A DNA stretch of 23,618 nt, from positions 1 through 23,618 of the forward strand of contig CAYYQL010000037.1 of assembly GCA_964473825.1 (NCBI GenBank), in the 5' to 3' direction. This stretch comes from an uncultured archaeon (GTDB lineage: Archaea > Asgardarchaeota > Thorarchaeia > Thorarchaeales > Thorarchaeaceae). Positions 8,077-16,179 of the stretch are shown piece by piece (position 1 is the first letter of the stretch; every line of letters starts with the position of its first letter). Below the pieces are notes generated by a model. That model had not been told where the DNA came from. It ran no database searches and saw nothing but the letters and a program-made list of their open reading frames with translations. A program made the position numbers and the translations under genes.

Positions 8077-9093
8077 CTACTCGTCACTGACCTCTTTCAG
8101 TTTTGTACTCCATGCGCGTATGTCCTTGTTCAATCTTGCAATGTCATTCTCATTCAACGTAGCAGTAGGCGGATATGACTTCAGCTCTCTTGCCACTTTC
8201 CCGACCTGATGTAAGACAGGCGTGTGCATTGAAATTAGCTCTGTTAGTTCATCACGCACCCGTTCAAGAGCAGCACCCATATCTCTGGCCTCAGTCTTCG
8301 AATCTACTTTCTTCAGAAGGGTCCCCATGAGTTCATCAACTGTTGATTCTGAGACCACCTTGCTCGGCTCTACGGGCTCCTTGGTGCTCTTCTTCTTTGC
8401 CTTAGACTTTTTTCCAGACTCTAGCGGTGATGACTCTGTAGAGTCGGCAAGTTGTTGAACAGAGGAGATCACTTCATCAATCTTGTCAAGAGACTTGTTG
8501 TACTTCCTCTCGAGATCATCAAGCTGACGGACGAGAATTCCAACGATCTCTTTCGTATCTGCTTGCGCACTGGCCAAATCCTTCACTCTCTCTTCCAGAG
8601 TGGAGAGGCTGGCCACATATTGCTGCAGATCATCGATCTTCTTCCCCAACACTTCCGAGTCTTTGCTCTCGCTGATCTCCTCAATACTTGATTGCATCTC
8701 TTTTAGAAACTCGCTCATGCCCTCAATCTTTGCCTCAACATCGACGAGTTGTTTCTGGGTCTGATCCTCTGCCATCTTGGTGAGGACACTCTGGAGCGAT
8801 GATGTCACTTCATTAACTTTTTCATCCAGCTTTTCAATCTCCTTAGAGTTGTCCAGAGATGGAAGACTCCTGTCGAACTCCTTCATATTGTCCAGAAGTT
8901 CATCCATTTTCGAGAGAGCTGCTACTTCCTTCTGTATCGCCTTGACCTCATCTGTCAGGGAATCAACAGTCTTGCTCATATCAGCGATGTCCGATAGTGG
9001 TTTGAGTTCTTTGGATATCTTGTCTACTTCTTCAGACAGCTTGTCGACTTTTTTCTCGAGATTGTCCATTTGCTTTGACTGGTCTGTCGACAT
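8077..9093 (-). CDS. Coiled-coil protein with Lys-rich linker and C-terminal four-helix domain (Vps28-CTD-like by eye)
   Basis: Heptad-rich first ~215 aa, KKSKAKKKSTKEP linker, then an ~85-aa helical domain ending LKSYPPTATLNENDIARLNKDIRAW; GAGG SD upstream. Confidence 0.75.
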   Translation of the reverse strand: MSTDQSKQMDNLEKKVDKLSEEVDKISKELKPLSDIADMSKTVDSLTDEVKAIQKEVAALSKMDELLDNMKEFDRSLPSLDNSKEIEKLDEKVNEVTSSLQSVLTKMAEDQTQKQLVDVEAKIEGMSEFLKEMQSSIEEISESKDSEVLGKKIDDLQQYVASLSTLEERVKDLASAQADTKEIVGILVRQLDDLERKYNKSLDKIDEVISSVQQLADSTESSPLESGKKSKAKKKSTKEPVEPSKVVSESTVDELMGTLLKKVDSKTEARDMGAALERVRDELTELISMHTPVLHQVGKVARELKSYPPTATLNENDIARLNKDIRAWSTKLKEVSDE

Positions 9094-9206
9094 CGTTTCC
9101 CCTCATTTCTGTGGAGCCAGTCTGAGAATGAACAAGAGTCAGTATTTAGCCTTTCGGGAGTTGTTATGCGAAATGGAAAGACAATTGATATTGCAGGAAG
9201 TGAGTG

Positions 9207-10055
9207 TCACCCCTCCCGGATGACTTCAATACCCAACTGTTCTAGCATCGGCACGAATGTATCACGTTGCTTCGCATTCGTTCCCTTCCAGTCAACTACG
9301 GCGGCAGTCACCTTCTCTGCGGACCGATGAATCATCTGATTCACGACCTCCTCTGTTATACCGTCCAGAGCGTACTTAGGAGCCATGTGGCCAATCCTGT
9401 ACTCCTCTGAGAGAACTAGTTTATTGAACTTGCTAGCGTAGTGAGTACCCCCGAATCCTATCACGCTCTCCGCCCCAATGGGAGCATTCGCACACTTCAT
9501 CACAGCCTCTGCAACGATACTTGCCCCAATTTCATGCGTCCAGTAGTGTTCATCACTACCCAGCTCCACAAAGAGCATTGGCGTGTCAAGTGCGGTAGGC
9601 CCGTGATGAGTTACCTCAAGTGACACATCGAAATCTGAGAGATTGCGATCGTTTCTCTCGTGGTAAAGAGTCCGGAGTGCCACTGAAACCAAAGATGCAA
9701 CTGAAACCGATAGCGAATAGGAACTGCCTCCAAATGCAGCCTCAGCTCCAAGATTACCGGTGCTGTGAACGAGCAGAGATGGTTTGCCAGATTCAGACCG
9801 ATGACGAGAGCAGAAGATGAAGACCTCTGCTTCCAGGTCTCCCTCAAGATGGTCGGAGTAGATGAGATCGCGGTTCGACGTGACAAGCTGAACTGAGTCA
9901 TTGTGAGCCATGACAGGATGGCCGTCGAATTCACTCTCTGTCTCAGTGAAACCATGTTCCTCTATGAGAGCCTGTCTTATTGTCTGGCTGGCAAGGTCAT
10001 GCTCAGACGTCACGAGTATCCTCAGAACCAACACCTTCAGGTAAGTTAACGACAC
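9207..10055 (-). CDS. dtdA: D-aminoacyl-tRNA deacylase (DTD2/GEK1 family)
   Basis: FCSRHRS, LVHSTGN, EVTHHGPT, FVELGS, IGFGGTHYA, GHMAPKY; the real start is probably GTG/TTG at ~10034/10031. Confidence 0.95.
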   Translation of the reverse strand: MSLTYLKVLVLRILVTSEHDLASQTIRQALIEEHGFTETESEFDGHPVMAHNDSVQLVTSNRDLIYSDHLEGDLEAEVFIFCSRHRSESGKPSLLVHSTGNLGAEAAFGGSSYSLSVSVASLVSVALRTLYHERNDRNLSDFDVSLEVTHHGPTALDTPMLFVELGSDEHYWTHEIGASIVAEAVMKCANAPIGAESVIGFGGTHYASKFNKLVLSEEYRIGHMAPKYALDGITEEVVNQMIHRSAEKVTAAVVDWKGTNAKQRDTFVPMLEQLGIEVIREG

Positions 10056-11280
10056 ATTCCTTGAGGAGAGGCTGCAAAGTCACACCCAAATCAATCGTGA
10101 CTTTCTTGCCCAGATTCTTGGCTATCTCAGCCTCAATGCGCTTCTTGAAGTCCTCAGCCTTTTCCAGCTGTTTCTTGATGTCATCTCGAATTCGAAGCAG
10201 GTCGTTGTTGTGATATTGAACATTCTTCTCTGCCTCTCGGACCATTCCCTCAAGCTCCTCGGTCCTACGGTATATCTCAGACCCGGCATACTCCTTCCTC
10301 TTGCGGTCTATCTCCTTGGCCTTATCCTGATACTCCTGCAGCTCGCCTTTCTTGATGATCTCTATCTCCTCGATGGCCCTTCTTGCCAATCGATCCTTCA
10401 ATGGGAACGCATCACGCTCGATGGCGGTTTCCATCGCCTCCAAACCCTCCAGCAATCCCGGACAGCCGTTGGGTTCCTCGACGATAGCCTCGAACGGATC
10501 CTCGAAATAGTCTGTCAGGGCCTTCTGGCCGGATGGGCTCACTCGGACGCCAGTATCGTGCTGCAGAAATTTCTTGATAGGCTTCTTGAGTGTGTTCAGC
10601 TTCATCCTTAGAACACTGCCAATATGCTCCGACTCTTCATCAAGATTGAGAACCTCAGAAACATTTGACTCATTCTTGAACTCCTCCAGTTCTTTCTTTG
10701 CGGCCAGATAGTCCTCTTCGGCCTGCCTGATCTTCATTTTCGTCTGACGTATGTCTTCTTGGATGATGTCCTTGCTGAAGGTAAGTTCGCGCAGCGTCTG
10801 GATACGTTCAGCGGTGCGTTCCAGATCTTGCACCCAGTTGTATTCATACAGGAGCTTCCCAATGATCTTCAGTTCCTTGCTCAGCTCCTTCATGTAATCG
10901 TCCAGCTGCTTTATGGTGCCCTTGTGTTTCTTGTCCATACGCTTGATCCAGCGAGCACCAGCCCCCCAGAGTTCTTGGATGAAGTGTTGAATCTCCTCCA
11001 TCATCTGCTCAGTACTCTCATATGATATCTCTTGGCTGACGTCAAAATCCTCAACTACATTGTCAATCTTCAGGGCAAAACGTACCGCTATGCCCACTGA
11101 CTCTTGATCTTCATCTTCGGCACTTGCTTCTCTCAGTTCTGTTGCAACAGCCTGAACGTCCTTAAGGGCCCGGTCAACATTGCGGTAACTCCTTTCAGCC
11201 TTCTTCCTGAAGTCCTGCGACTTCTTCTCCAGTTCTATATTGTACCATAATTCCAGCTGCGCAAGAGTCAGTTCTGTCAT
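10003..11280 (-). CDS. Archaeal all-helical/coiled-coil protein with a central globular insert; no ATPase motifs
   Basis: E/K-rich helices flank LKKPIKKFL..YFEDPFEAIVEEPNG; no Walker A or B. Confidence 0.75.
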   Translation of the reverse strand: MTELTLAQLELWYNIELEKKSQDFRKKAERSYRNVDRALKDVQAVATELREASAEDEDQESVGIAVRFALKIDNVVEDFDVSQEISYESTEQMMEEIQHFIQELWGAGARWIKRMDKKHKGTIKQLDDYMKELSKELKIIGKLLYEYNWVQDLERTAERIQTLRELTFSKDIIQEDIRQTKMKIRQAEEDYLAAKKELEEFKNESNVSEVLNLDEESEHIGSVLRMKLNTLKKPIKKFLQHDTGVRVSPSGQKALTDYFEDPFEAIVEEPNGCPGLLEGLEAMETAIERDAFPLKDRLARRAIEEIEIIKKGELQEYQDKAKEIDRKRKEYAGSEIYRRTEELEGMVREAEKNVQYHNNDLLRIRDDIKKQLEKAEDFKKRIEAEIAKNLGKKVTIDLGVTLQPLLKECVVNLPEGVGSEDTRDV

Positions 11281-11396
11281 TCCCTAAGACACCTAGACAA
11301 GTAGTCGCCTTCTGTGTGATTTATCAACTTTGCGAACTACTCAACTGCGCACCGGACTCCGACGTGCACATAACGTTATTCATACCACGGATTACG

Positions 11397-11403
11397 TTTA
11401 TAA
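11397..11403 (+). promoter_or_regulatory. TATA box (TTTATAA) for the candidate selenoprotein gene
   Basis: Canonical archaeal TATA ~45 nt upstream of ATG 11448. Confidence 0.55.
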
Positions 11404-11447
11404 CGCCCGAGAAGAAGGGATGGCCAGTAAATGAAACGTGGTCTCTA

Positions 11448-12251
11448 ATGACAGAAATCATGGAAACTGGCCGACGCTTCCCGCGACTGGATATTGCGTA
11501 TGCAATCGAATGCATGTCATGAGGCAAAGGTCGCACAGGTTTCTACATCAAGAGGCTGAGTTACATAGACTCCGATTCAATGGAACAATTGCTCCTCAAG
11601 AATCCAGCTGATAATCAGAGTGGGTTCTGGGTGTCATACAAATACAATGGTCAGCTAACCAGGGTGAGTTCCACAGAGACCGAGTGCTTCTCAGATGTCA
11701 AGACGGCACCCGACGGCGAGAAGCTCATCGTGACCATGGACCACACCCCTCTCGATTCGGTCGAGAGAGTCATGCGATTCAAAATCGAGCTCTGGAGCTT
11801 CGAGAAGCCCATGCTATTCATCAAGCACACATCGACGAACATGAGTAAGGCTCCTATCGAAGATCTGAAGCTCTTCAATCTCATGGACTTCGACCTTGGG
11901 GGACCAACTAGCTACAAAGATGACATGGGAGCATTCGATGCCAAAAGCGGAGTCATGCGGGTCTGTGATGACACACCACTGTGCGTTGCTCTGACATCTA
12001 GACCCACTCCCGATGGCTGGGAGCTCTCGGCCCCAACGAAACTGCGACTCACCCAAACTGACCGCGAACTCAAGAATAATCTTGAGCTTGGCCCACAAGA
12101 CGTTGCCACAGGGTTGCAATGGAACTTGGGCAACATCGATGCAGGCGAATCGAAATCAGTGTCCCTGGTGATAACGGTCGGACAGAATACTGAAGAGGCG
12201 GATAAGCTCCTTCCAAAGGCTTGGGAGGAGTTCGACACGAAGATACGATGA
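11448..12251 (+). CDS. Candidate selenoprotein (267 aa; CxxU with Sec at TGA 11520-11522), probable beta-sandwich (mutarotase/glucoamylase N-domain-like) fold
   Basis: MTEIMETGRRFPRLDIAYAIECMS-TGA-GKGRTGFYIKRLSYIDSDS joins in frame to the 11580-12251 ORF; upstream TATA and downstream SECIS-like hairpin. The 11580-12251 portion is clearly coding either way. Confidence 0.72.
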
Positions 12252-12285
12252 CGTCGCTGCGTAAAGCACTGCAGCACCGACTGAG
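12248..12285 (+). ncRNA. Eukaryote/Asgard-type SECIS-like cis element
   Basis: ATGA(12248-51)-11 nt-AAA(12263-65)...TGAG(12282-85); stem GTC/GAC plus GCTGC/GCAGC; flanking GAAGAT(12239-44)/ATCTTC(12303-08). Confidence 0.6.
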
Positions 12286-12328
12286 AAAGGGAAGCCCCCT
12301 TTATCTTCTACGCGTGCGCCCGCTGGAG

Positions 12329-12366
12329 AAAAAAGCCAAGACGGGGATTCAGAAGACTCCCCGTCT
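12329..12366 (-). terminator. Hairpin plus T-run terminator of the wHTH gene
   Basis: AGACGGGGA/TCCCCGTCT 9-bp stem (12339-47/12358-66) followed on the minus strand by GGCTTTTTT, just after the stop at 12371. Confidence 0.6.
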
Positions 12367-12370
12367 CAGT

Positions 12371-12796
12371 TCACTTGCTGTGTTGCATTTCAAGGTGATG
12401 CACCAAGAGTCGTGCAGAAGAGCTTAGTTCAGCTCTACGCCCTCTGTTCTCGGAATCACCACCATCCAACAGCCCCAAGTCCATTAGCGACCGCAAGTTC
12501 CACTTCGTAGTGGAGTACGGCACATCCGTTCTCCTTGAGACCATGTCAGCCAAGGCCGTCACTGTCACATCATGATGACGTAACAGTGAGGCACTGACTC
12601 TCAGAACCAGTTTCTGAGTGTCGCTCAACCTGGCTTCTGCTAGCTTGAAGAACGAAGCTACAACACTCTCGAAGGAAGGCATCTGATAGAAATAGCTGTC
12701 TCCTAAGACCTCACGGTCACTGGAGAACACATTCACCTCTGGGGTGAATTTCATACTCACCGTTTCGGTCGCTGACCCGACACTGATGGGCATCAT
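12371..12796 (-). CDS. Winged helix-turn-helix DNA-binding protein; start uncertain (12796, GTG 12730 or ATG 12682)
   Basis: LSDTQKLVL..TVTALADMVSRRTDVPYSTTKWNLRSLMDLGLL..AELSSSARLL wHTH pattern. Confidence 0.8.
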   Translation of the reverse strand: MMPISVGSATETVSMKFTPEVNVFSSDREVLGDSYFYQMPSFESVVASFFKLAEARLSDTQKLVLRVSASLLRHHDVTVTALADMVSRRTDVPYSTTKWNLRSLMDLGLLDGGDSENRGRRAELSSSARLLVHHLEMQHSK

Positions 12797-12815
12797 CTGC
12801 TGAATTGTTACCCAT
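12717..12815 (-). CDS. Possible 32-aa upstream ORF/leader peptide
   Basis: GAGGTGA SD (12825-31) 9 nt before the ATG; MGNNSADDAHQCRVSDRNGEYEIHPRGECVLQ*; out of frame with the wHTH gene. Confidence 0.35.
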   Translation of the reverse strand: MGNNSADDAHQCRVSDRNGEYEIHPRGECVLQ

Positions 12816-12902
12816 TTCGCTTTTTCACCTCATTTTCTTATTTGGGTCAGGTCAAGTCTTGCAAAACTCTCACTTAAACGTTGAGGGGTAGAGTACGCAA
12901 CA

Positions 12903-13397
12903 TCAAGTCATCTCTTCGGGAATCTCAAGACCTAGACTCTTGAGTTTGGCGAAACCCTTGCTGTAGAGGCTCATATGGTGGCGAATGTCTTCCTCAGTGT
13001 CTGCGATGGCTTCAAGTGCACCTGCAATGTTGTCAAGTCCTCCAGCCCGGTAGTCCTCCATCATCTCGGCAACAATGTCACTCATTTTCAGCATTGCATC
13101 CTGTATCACTCCGCTCAGGCTGATCATCGACTGCACCGTTTCACGGGTAGATGGGTCTGGCATATATGGGACGAAATCCTCAAGCGCGATGCTTGCCTTT
13201 TTGCAACTCTCAATCCTGCCAGGTATCAGTTCTTCCTGCATCTTCTGCATCCATCCGAGCCGCTCTTCACTGGTCAAGTCACGAAGATTGGCCGGAGAGA
13301 AATATGCAGTCCAAGGGCCAAACTCCTCGGTCTCATAGTAGATCCAGTTGTCAAAGGCTGACAGCACTGTCTTCCATCCTACAGACATCTCAGACAT
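12903..13397 (-). CDS. Hypothetical acidic helical protein
   Basis: 164-aa ORF with protein-like composition; TATA at 13428-13434. Confidence 0.75.
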   Translation of the reverse strand: MSEMSVGWKTVLSAFDNWIYYETEEFGPWTAYFSPANLRDLTSEERLGWMQKMQEELIPGRIESCKKASIALEDFVPYMPDPSTRETVQSMISLSGVIQDAMLKMSDIVAEMMEDYRAGGLDNIAGALEAIADTEEDIRHHMSLYSKGFAKLKSLGLEIPEEMT

Positions 13398-13427
13398 TTT
13401 CGTTCACATACTGGTATTTGCTTCATG

Positions 13428-13434
13428 TTTTAAA
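13428..13434. promoter_or_regulatory. TATA box (TTTTAAA) between divergent genes
   Basis: Only AT-run in the short divergent gap. Confidence 0.45.
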
Positions 13435-13448
13435 GTAACGTGGAGGAC

Positions 13449-14129
13449 ATGAGTTATGACATGAACGACACAATTCAGCACATCCTAGGAATGTTAAAGG
13501 AGAGTAAGGACCGAGATGCAGTCCTCCTTGCAGATCCTGTAGATATCAGGTTGCTCCAAAAGCTGGGTGTGAGCAATCTGGATGATGGACAGTGGATTGT
13601 GAAAAGGGAAGAGCGGATTGACCTTGCCACGGTAGCGGTCTCACATGGTGTCGATATGGAGAGGGTTGTGAAAGTGATGAGTTGGAAAGACTTCGAGGGC
13701 TTCGTGGGGAGGGTCTTGGACGAGAATGGCTACAAATACACAGAGAGCTTCAGAAAGAGGGGAACAGGCGAGACCGAAGGGATGGAGATTGATGTCGTAG
13801 GAGTGAAGGGCAAAAGAATCCTCTCATTAGATGCGAAGATGTGGGGAGACCGGTCAGGCAAGACCTCAGCCCTTGTAGCTGCAGCAGAGAAACAGGCAAC
13901 ACGAACCAGCAGACTGGGGAATGAACTGGAGCGGCTTCAGAAGAAGATCGGGGTCTTGAGACCAGGTGAATACAATCTCTTGCCTGCAATCGTGACCTGG
14001 CTTGTTGAAGACATTCAGTTTCATGAGGGAGTGCCTATCGTACCGATATTCAAGCTCAATGCATTCCTTCTCGAGCTTGATAATTTCGCCCATTCGATGA
14101 TCAGCTACAAGATCAAAGTGGGCTCATAG
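13449..14129 (+). CDS. PD-(D/E)xK restriction-endonuclease-fold protein (Mrr-cat-like)
   Basis: SWKDFEGFVGRVLDENGY..EIDVVG..LSLDAKMW; ATG 13449 follows GGAGG (ORF track starts at GTG 13440). Confidence 0.85.
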   Translation: MSYDMNDTIQHILGMLKESKDRDAVLLADPVDIRLLQKLGVSNLDDGQWIVKREERIDLATVAVSHGVDMERVVKVMSWKDFEGFVGRVLDENGYKYTESFRKRGTGETEGMEIDVVGVKGKRILSLDAKMWGDRSGKTSALVAAAEKQATRTSRLGNELERLQKKIGVLRPGEYNLLPAIVTWLVEDIQFHEGVPIVPIFKLNAFLLELDNFAHSMISYKIKVGS

Positions 14130-15173
14130 ATTGAGTCTTTTTGCCTTTTCAGGAAGAAGCAGCGTATTCTTCACCGTATCCAAGAGAAGCACGGTGGCAA
14201 ACATGTCAATCCCTGCTTCAAGTCCCTTACTCATAGAGGGATAGCTATAGAGATTTCTTTTTGTTGCCTCTGCCAAAGATTCCACACGTTTCTCAGGACA
14301 ATCAGGAAGCTCCTTTTCAAGTGCAGAAGCATCATGTGCAAGTCGCTTGATTACCTTGCCCAGTATCGGGTCATTGACCGACTCTGCGGTCATGCATGCC
14401 TTCCCAGCACCACAGGCCGGACCATCACAGTCAAAGCTACCATGAGCAAAGATGAGCACGCTCCTATCTTGAGGGATCTCTTCCAGCCAGACTTCGAAGA
14501 AGGAGTCCAACTGCTGGGTCTCATCAGGTCTACCTGTGTACTGCGGGATGTGCCCACCGAGCGACTCGATAGCCATAGGCAGTCCGTCTGGTGTGGGAGG
14601 CGGCTCGACACGAGAATCAGAACAGACTGTCGCCAATACCTTTGAGTCGATGTCTCTTGGTCGTTTCGTTTTGGCAGCAAGCTCGGCCTCCAACGAGAGG
14701 TCGCGGAGAGCCTCGTGGTCCAAAGCCTCGACAAATCCGTTGGTATAGTCAGCACTGAAGCAGACAATCGGGATATTCTGAGCACCTGGATGGCGGACGA
14801 GGTTCCTCACGGACTCGTCACAGATTGATGGGTCTTCATTCTTGTCAAATGTCATGATGATAGCACGATGACGCGGGAAACCACTGTTATAGGCAACAGG
14901 CCCACCGTAGAGGAAAAGAGAGTCCTCCACGGGAAGAAGGGGAAATCCAGGTACACGCGTTCCATGGAATGCATCGCCCTGTAACATGGAAAGAAGCTCC
15001 AAGTCCTGCAGGCTGTGAGTGATGGGAGATATCAGCATATACTCGGGCGACTGGCCTAGTCTCGCAGCATTCATCCTACGGACATATTCGGGATCAGAGA
15101 GCTTCTTCTGCAGCTCTCGGTCTGCAATGGCCAGAATATCGTTAATCATGATGCTGCACCGAGATGCACGCAT
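14124..15173 (-). CDS. Divergent two-domain beta-class carbonic anhydrase-like protein
   Basis: C-terminal half has CSDSRV and AHGSFDCDGPACGA Zn ligands; N-terminal half LGQSPEYMLIS..QGDAF..R resembles a beta-CA without ligands. Confidence 0.65.
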   Translation of the reverse strand: MRASRCSIMINDILAIADRELQKKLSDPEYVRRMNAARLGQSPEYMLISPITHSLQDLELLSMLQGDAFHGTRVPGFPLLPVEDSLFLYGGPVAYNSGFPRHRAIIMTFDKNEDPSICDESVRNLVRHPGAQNIPIVCFSADYTNGFVEALDHEALRDLSLEAELAAKTKRPRDIDSKVLATVCSDSRVEPPPTPDGLPMAIESLGGHIPQYTGRPDETQQLDSFFEVWLEEIPQDRSVLIFAHGSFDCDGPACGAGKACMTAESVNDPILGKVIKRLAHDASALEKELPDCPEKRVESLAEATKRNLYSYPSMSKGLEAGIDMFATVLLLDTVKNTLLLPEKAKRLNL

Positions 15174-15268
15174 ACAGTGCCTGACTTAACCGTTGCGCCT
15201 CAGCAACATGTTCTTATGCCGCGTCTGGAGTAAAACTCCAGATTAGAGCATCCACAAGGTGATGAACA

Positions 15269-16156
15269 ATGTTCCTGGGTATCAGCTATCATGAGAACAT
15301 CAACAACTGGGCGACAAAGACTTTGTTGGAGGCAATGAAGGCCAAGGGTCATGAGGTAATGGCATTCAGGCTGCCCGATGTGGCTGCAGAGATACCCAAC
15401 AGGTTCACTCACCTCGAAGACGAAGACATAACCCACATGGATGGATTGATTGTTCGCACGGTGGGATTTGGAACAGGAGACCAGATAACTTTCCGCATAA
15501 GCCTCCTGGAGCACTTTGAGGATGCGGGCATCTACGTGATGAACCCGGCTTACTCGTTCAGGAGAGCCAAGGACAAGTATGCAACACTTACTACTCTCAA
15601 TAAGGCGGGTATCAGGGTACCAAGGACGTACATCGGCGAAAACCTAGAGGCGGCTATTGAATTCGTGGAAGATGTTGAAGATGTTGTCATCAAGCCTTTG
15701 ATAGGTGCTAGAGGATTGGGAGCGATAAGGGCGCAACAAGAGGAGCTCACATATCGTGCAATGAAGTTCATTCATCAGCTCGGGCAGGTCTTGTATGTGC
15801 AAGAGATGATTGAGAAACCTGACCGGGACATTCGGGCGTTTGTGATAGGCGATCAAATGGTTGGAGCGATGTATCGGTATCTCCCTGAGGGGGTTGAAGA
15901 TGAATGGCGAACCAACGTTCATGGCGGGGGGCGCGCAGAACCGGCTGACCTCGATGATGAATACATCGAGTGTGCAATCAAGACTGCCAAAGTGATGAAT
16001 CTGGACTACACTGGTGTAGACATCATAGAATCACCCGATGGTCCATGTGTCATAGAAGCAAACGCAGCTCCTTCATGGAGTGCGTTATCGAGGGTTACAG
16101 ACTTGGACATAGCCTCGATGATTGTGGACAGATTGGTAGAACAGTGCAAGAGATGA
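15269..16156 (+). CDS. RimK-family ATP-grasp alpha-L-glutamate ligase (MptN/CofF-like)
   Basis: DQITFRISLL, VMNP..AKDKY, VIKPLIGARGLG, YVQEMI, DIRAFVIG, WRTNVHGG, YTGVDII, EANAAP; AGGTGA SD. Confidence 0.9.
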   Translation: MFLGISYHENINNWATKTLLEAMKAKGHEVMAFRLPDVAAEIPNRFTHLEDEDITHMDGLIVRTVGFGTGDQITFRISLLEHFEDAGIYVMNPAYSFRRAKDKYATLTTLNKAGIRVPRTYIGENLEAAIEFVEDVEDVVIKPLIGARGLGAIRAQQEELTYRAMKFIHQLGQVLYVQEMIEKPDRDIRAFVIGDQMVGAMYRYLPEGVEDEWRTNVHGGGRAEPADLDDEYIECAIKTAKVMNLDYTGVDIIESPDGPCVIEANAAPSWSALSRVTDLDIASMIVDRLVEQCKR

Positions 16157-16179
16157 TTCTACTTAATCTCTAGAAAGTT

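Noticed and set aside
8033-8090. Possible C/D box sRNA (ATGATGA...CTGA, 58 nt)
   Set aside because: No convincing C'/D' boxes, box D lies antisense within a CDS, and no rRNA target was recognised
3192-11280. SMC/Rad50/SbcC or Wadjet-type annotation for the coiled-coil proteins
   Set aside because: No Walker A/B, ABC signature or zinc hook in any of them
11316-11522. Stand-alone 68-aa ORF
   Set aside because: Its first half spans the TATA region; the part from Met 11448 is better read as the N-terminus of the candidate selenoprotein
12249-12284. Second Sec readthrough at the terminal TGA, giving RRCVKHCSTD
   Set aside because: That TGA is part of the SECIS-like core, and the extension is simply the hairpin sequence; no independent support
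13449-14129. Nuclease as part of a restriction-modification or defence island
   Set aside because: No methyltransferase or other defence gene is adjacent; the context is housekeeping
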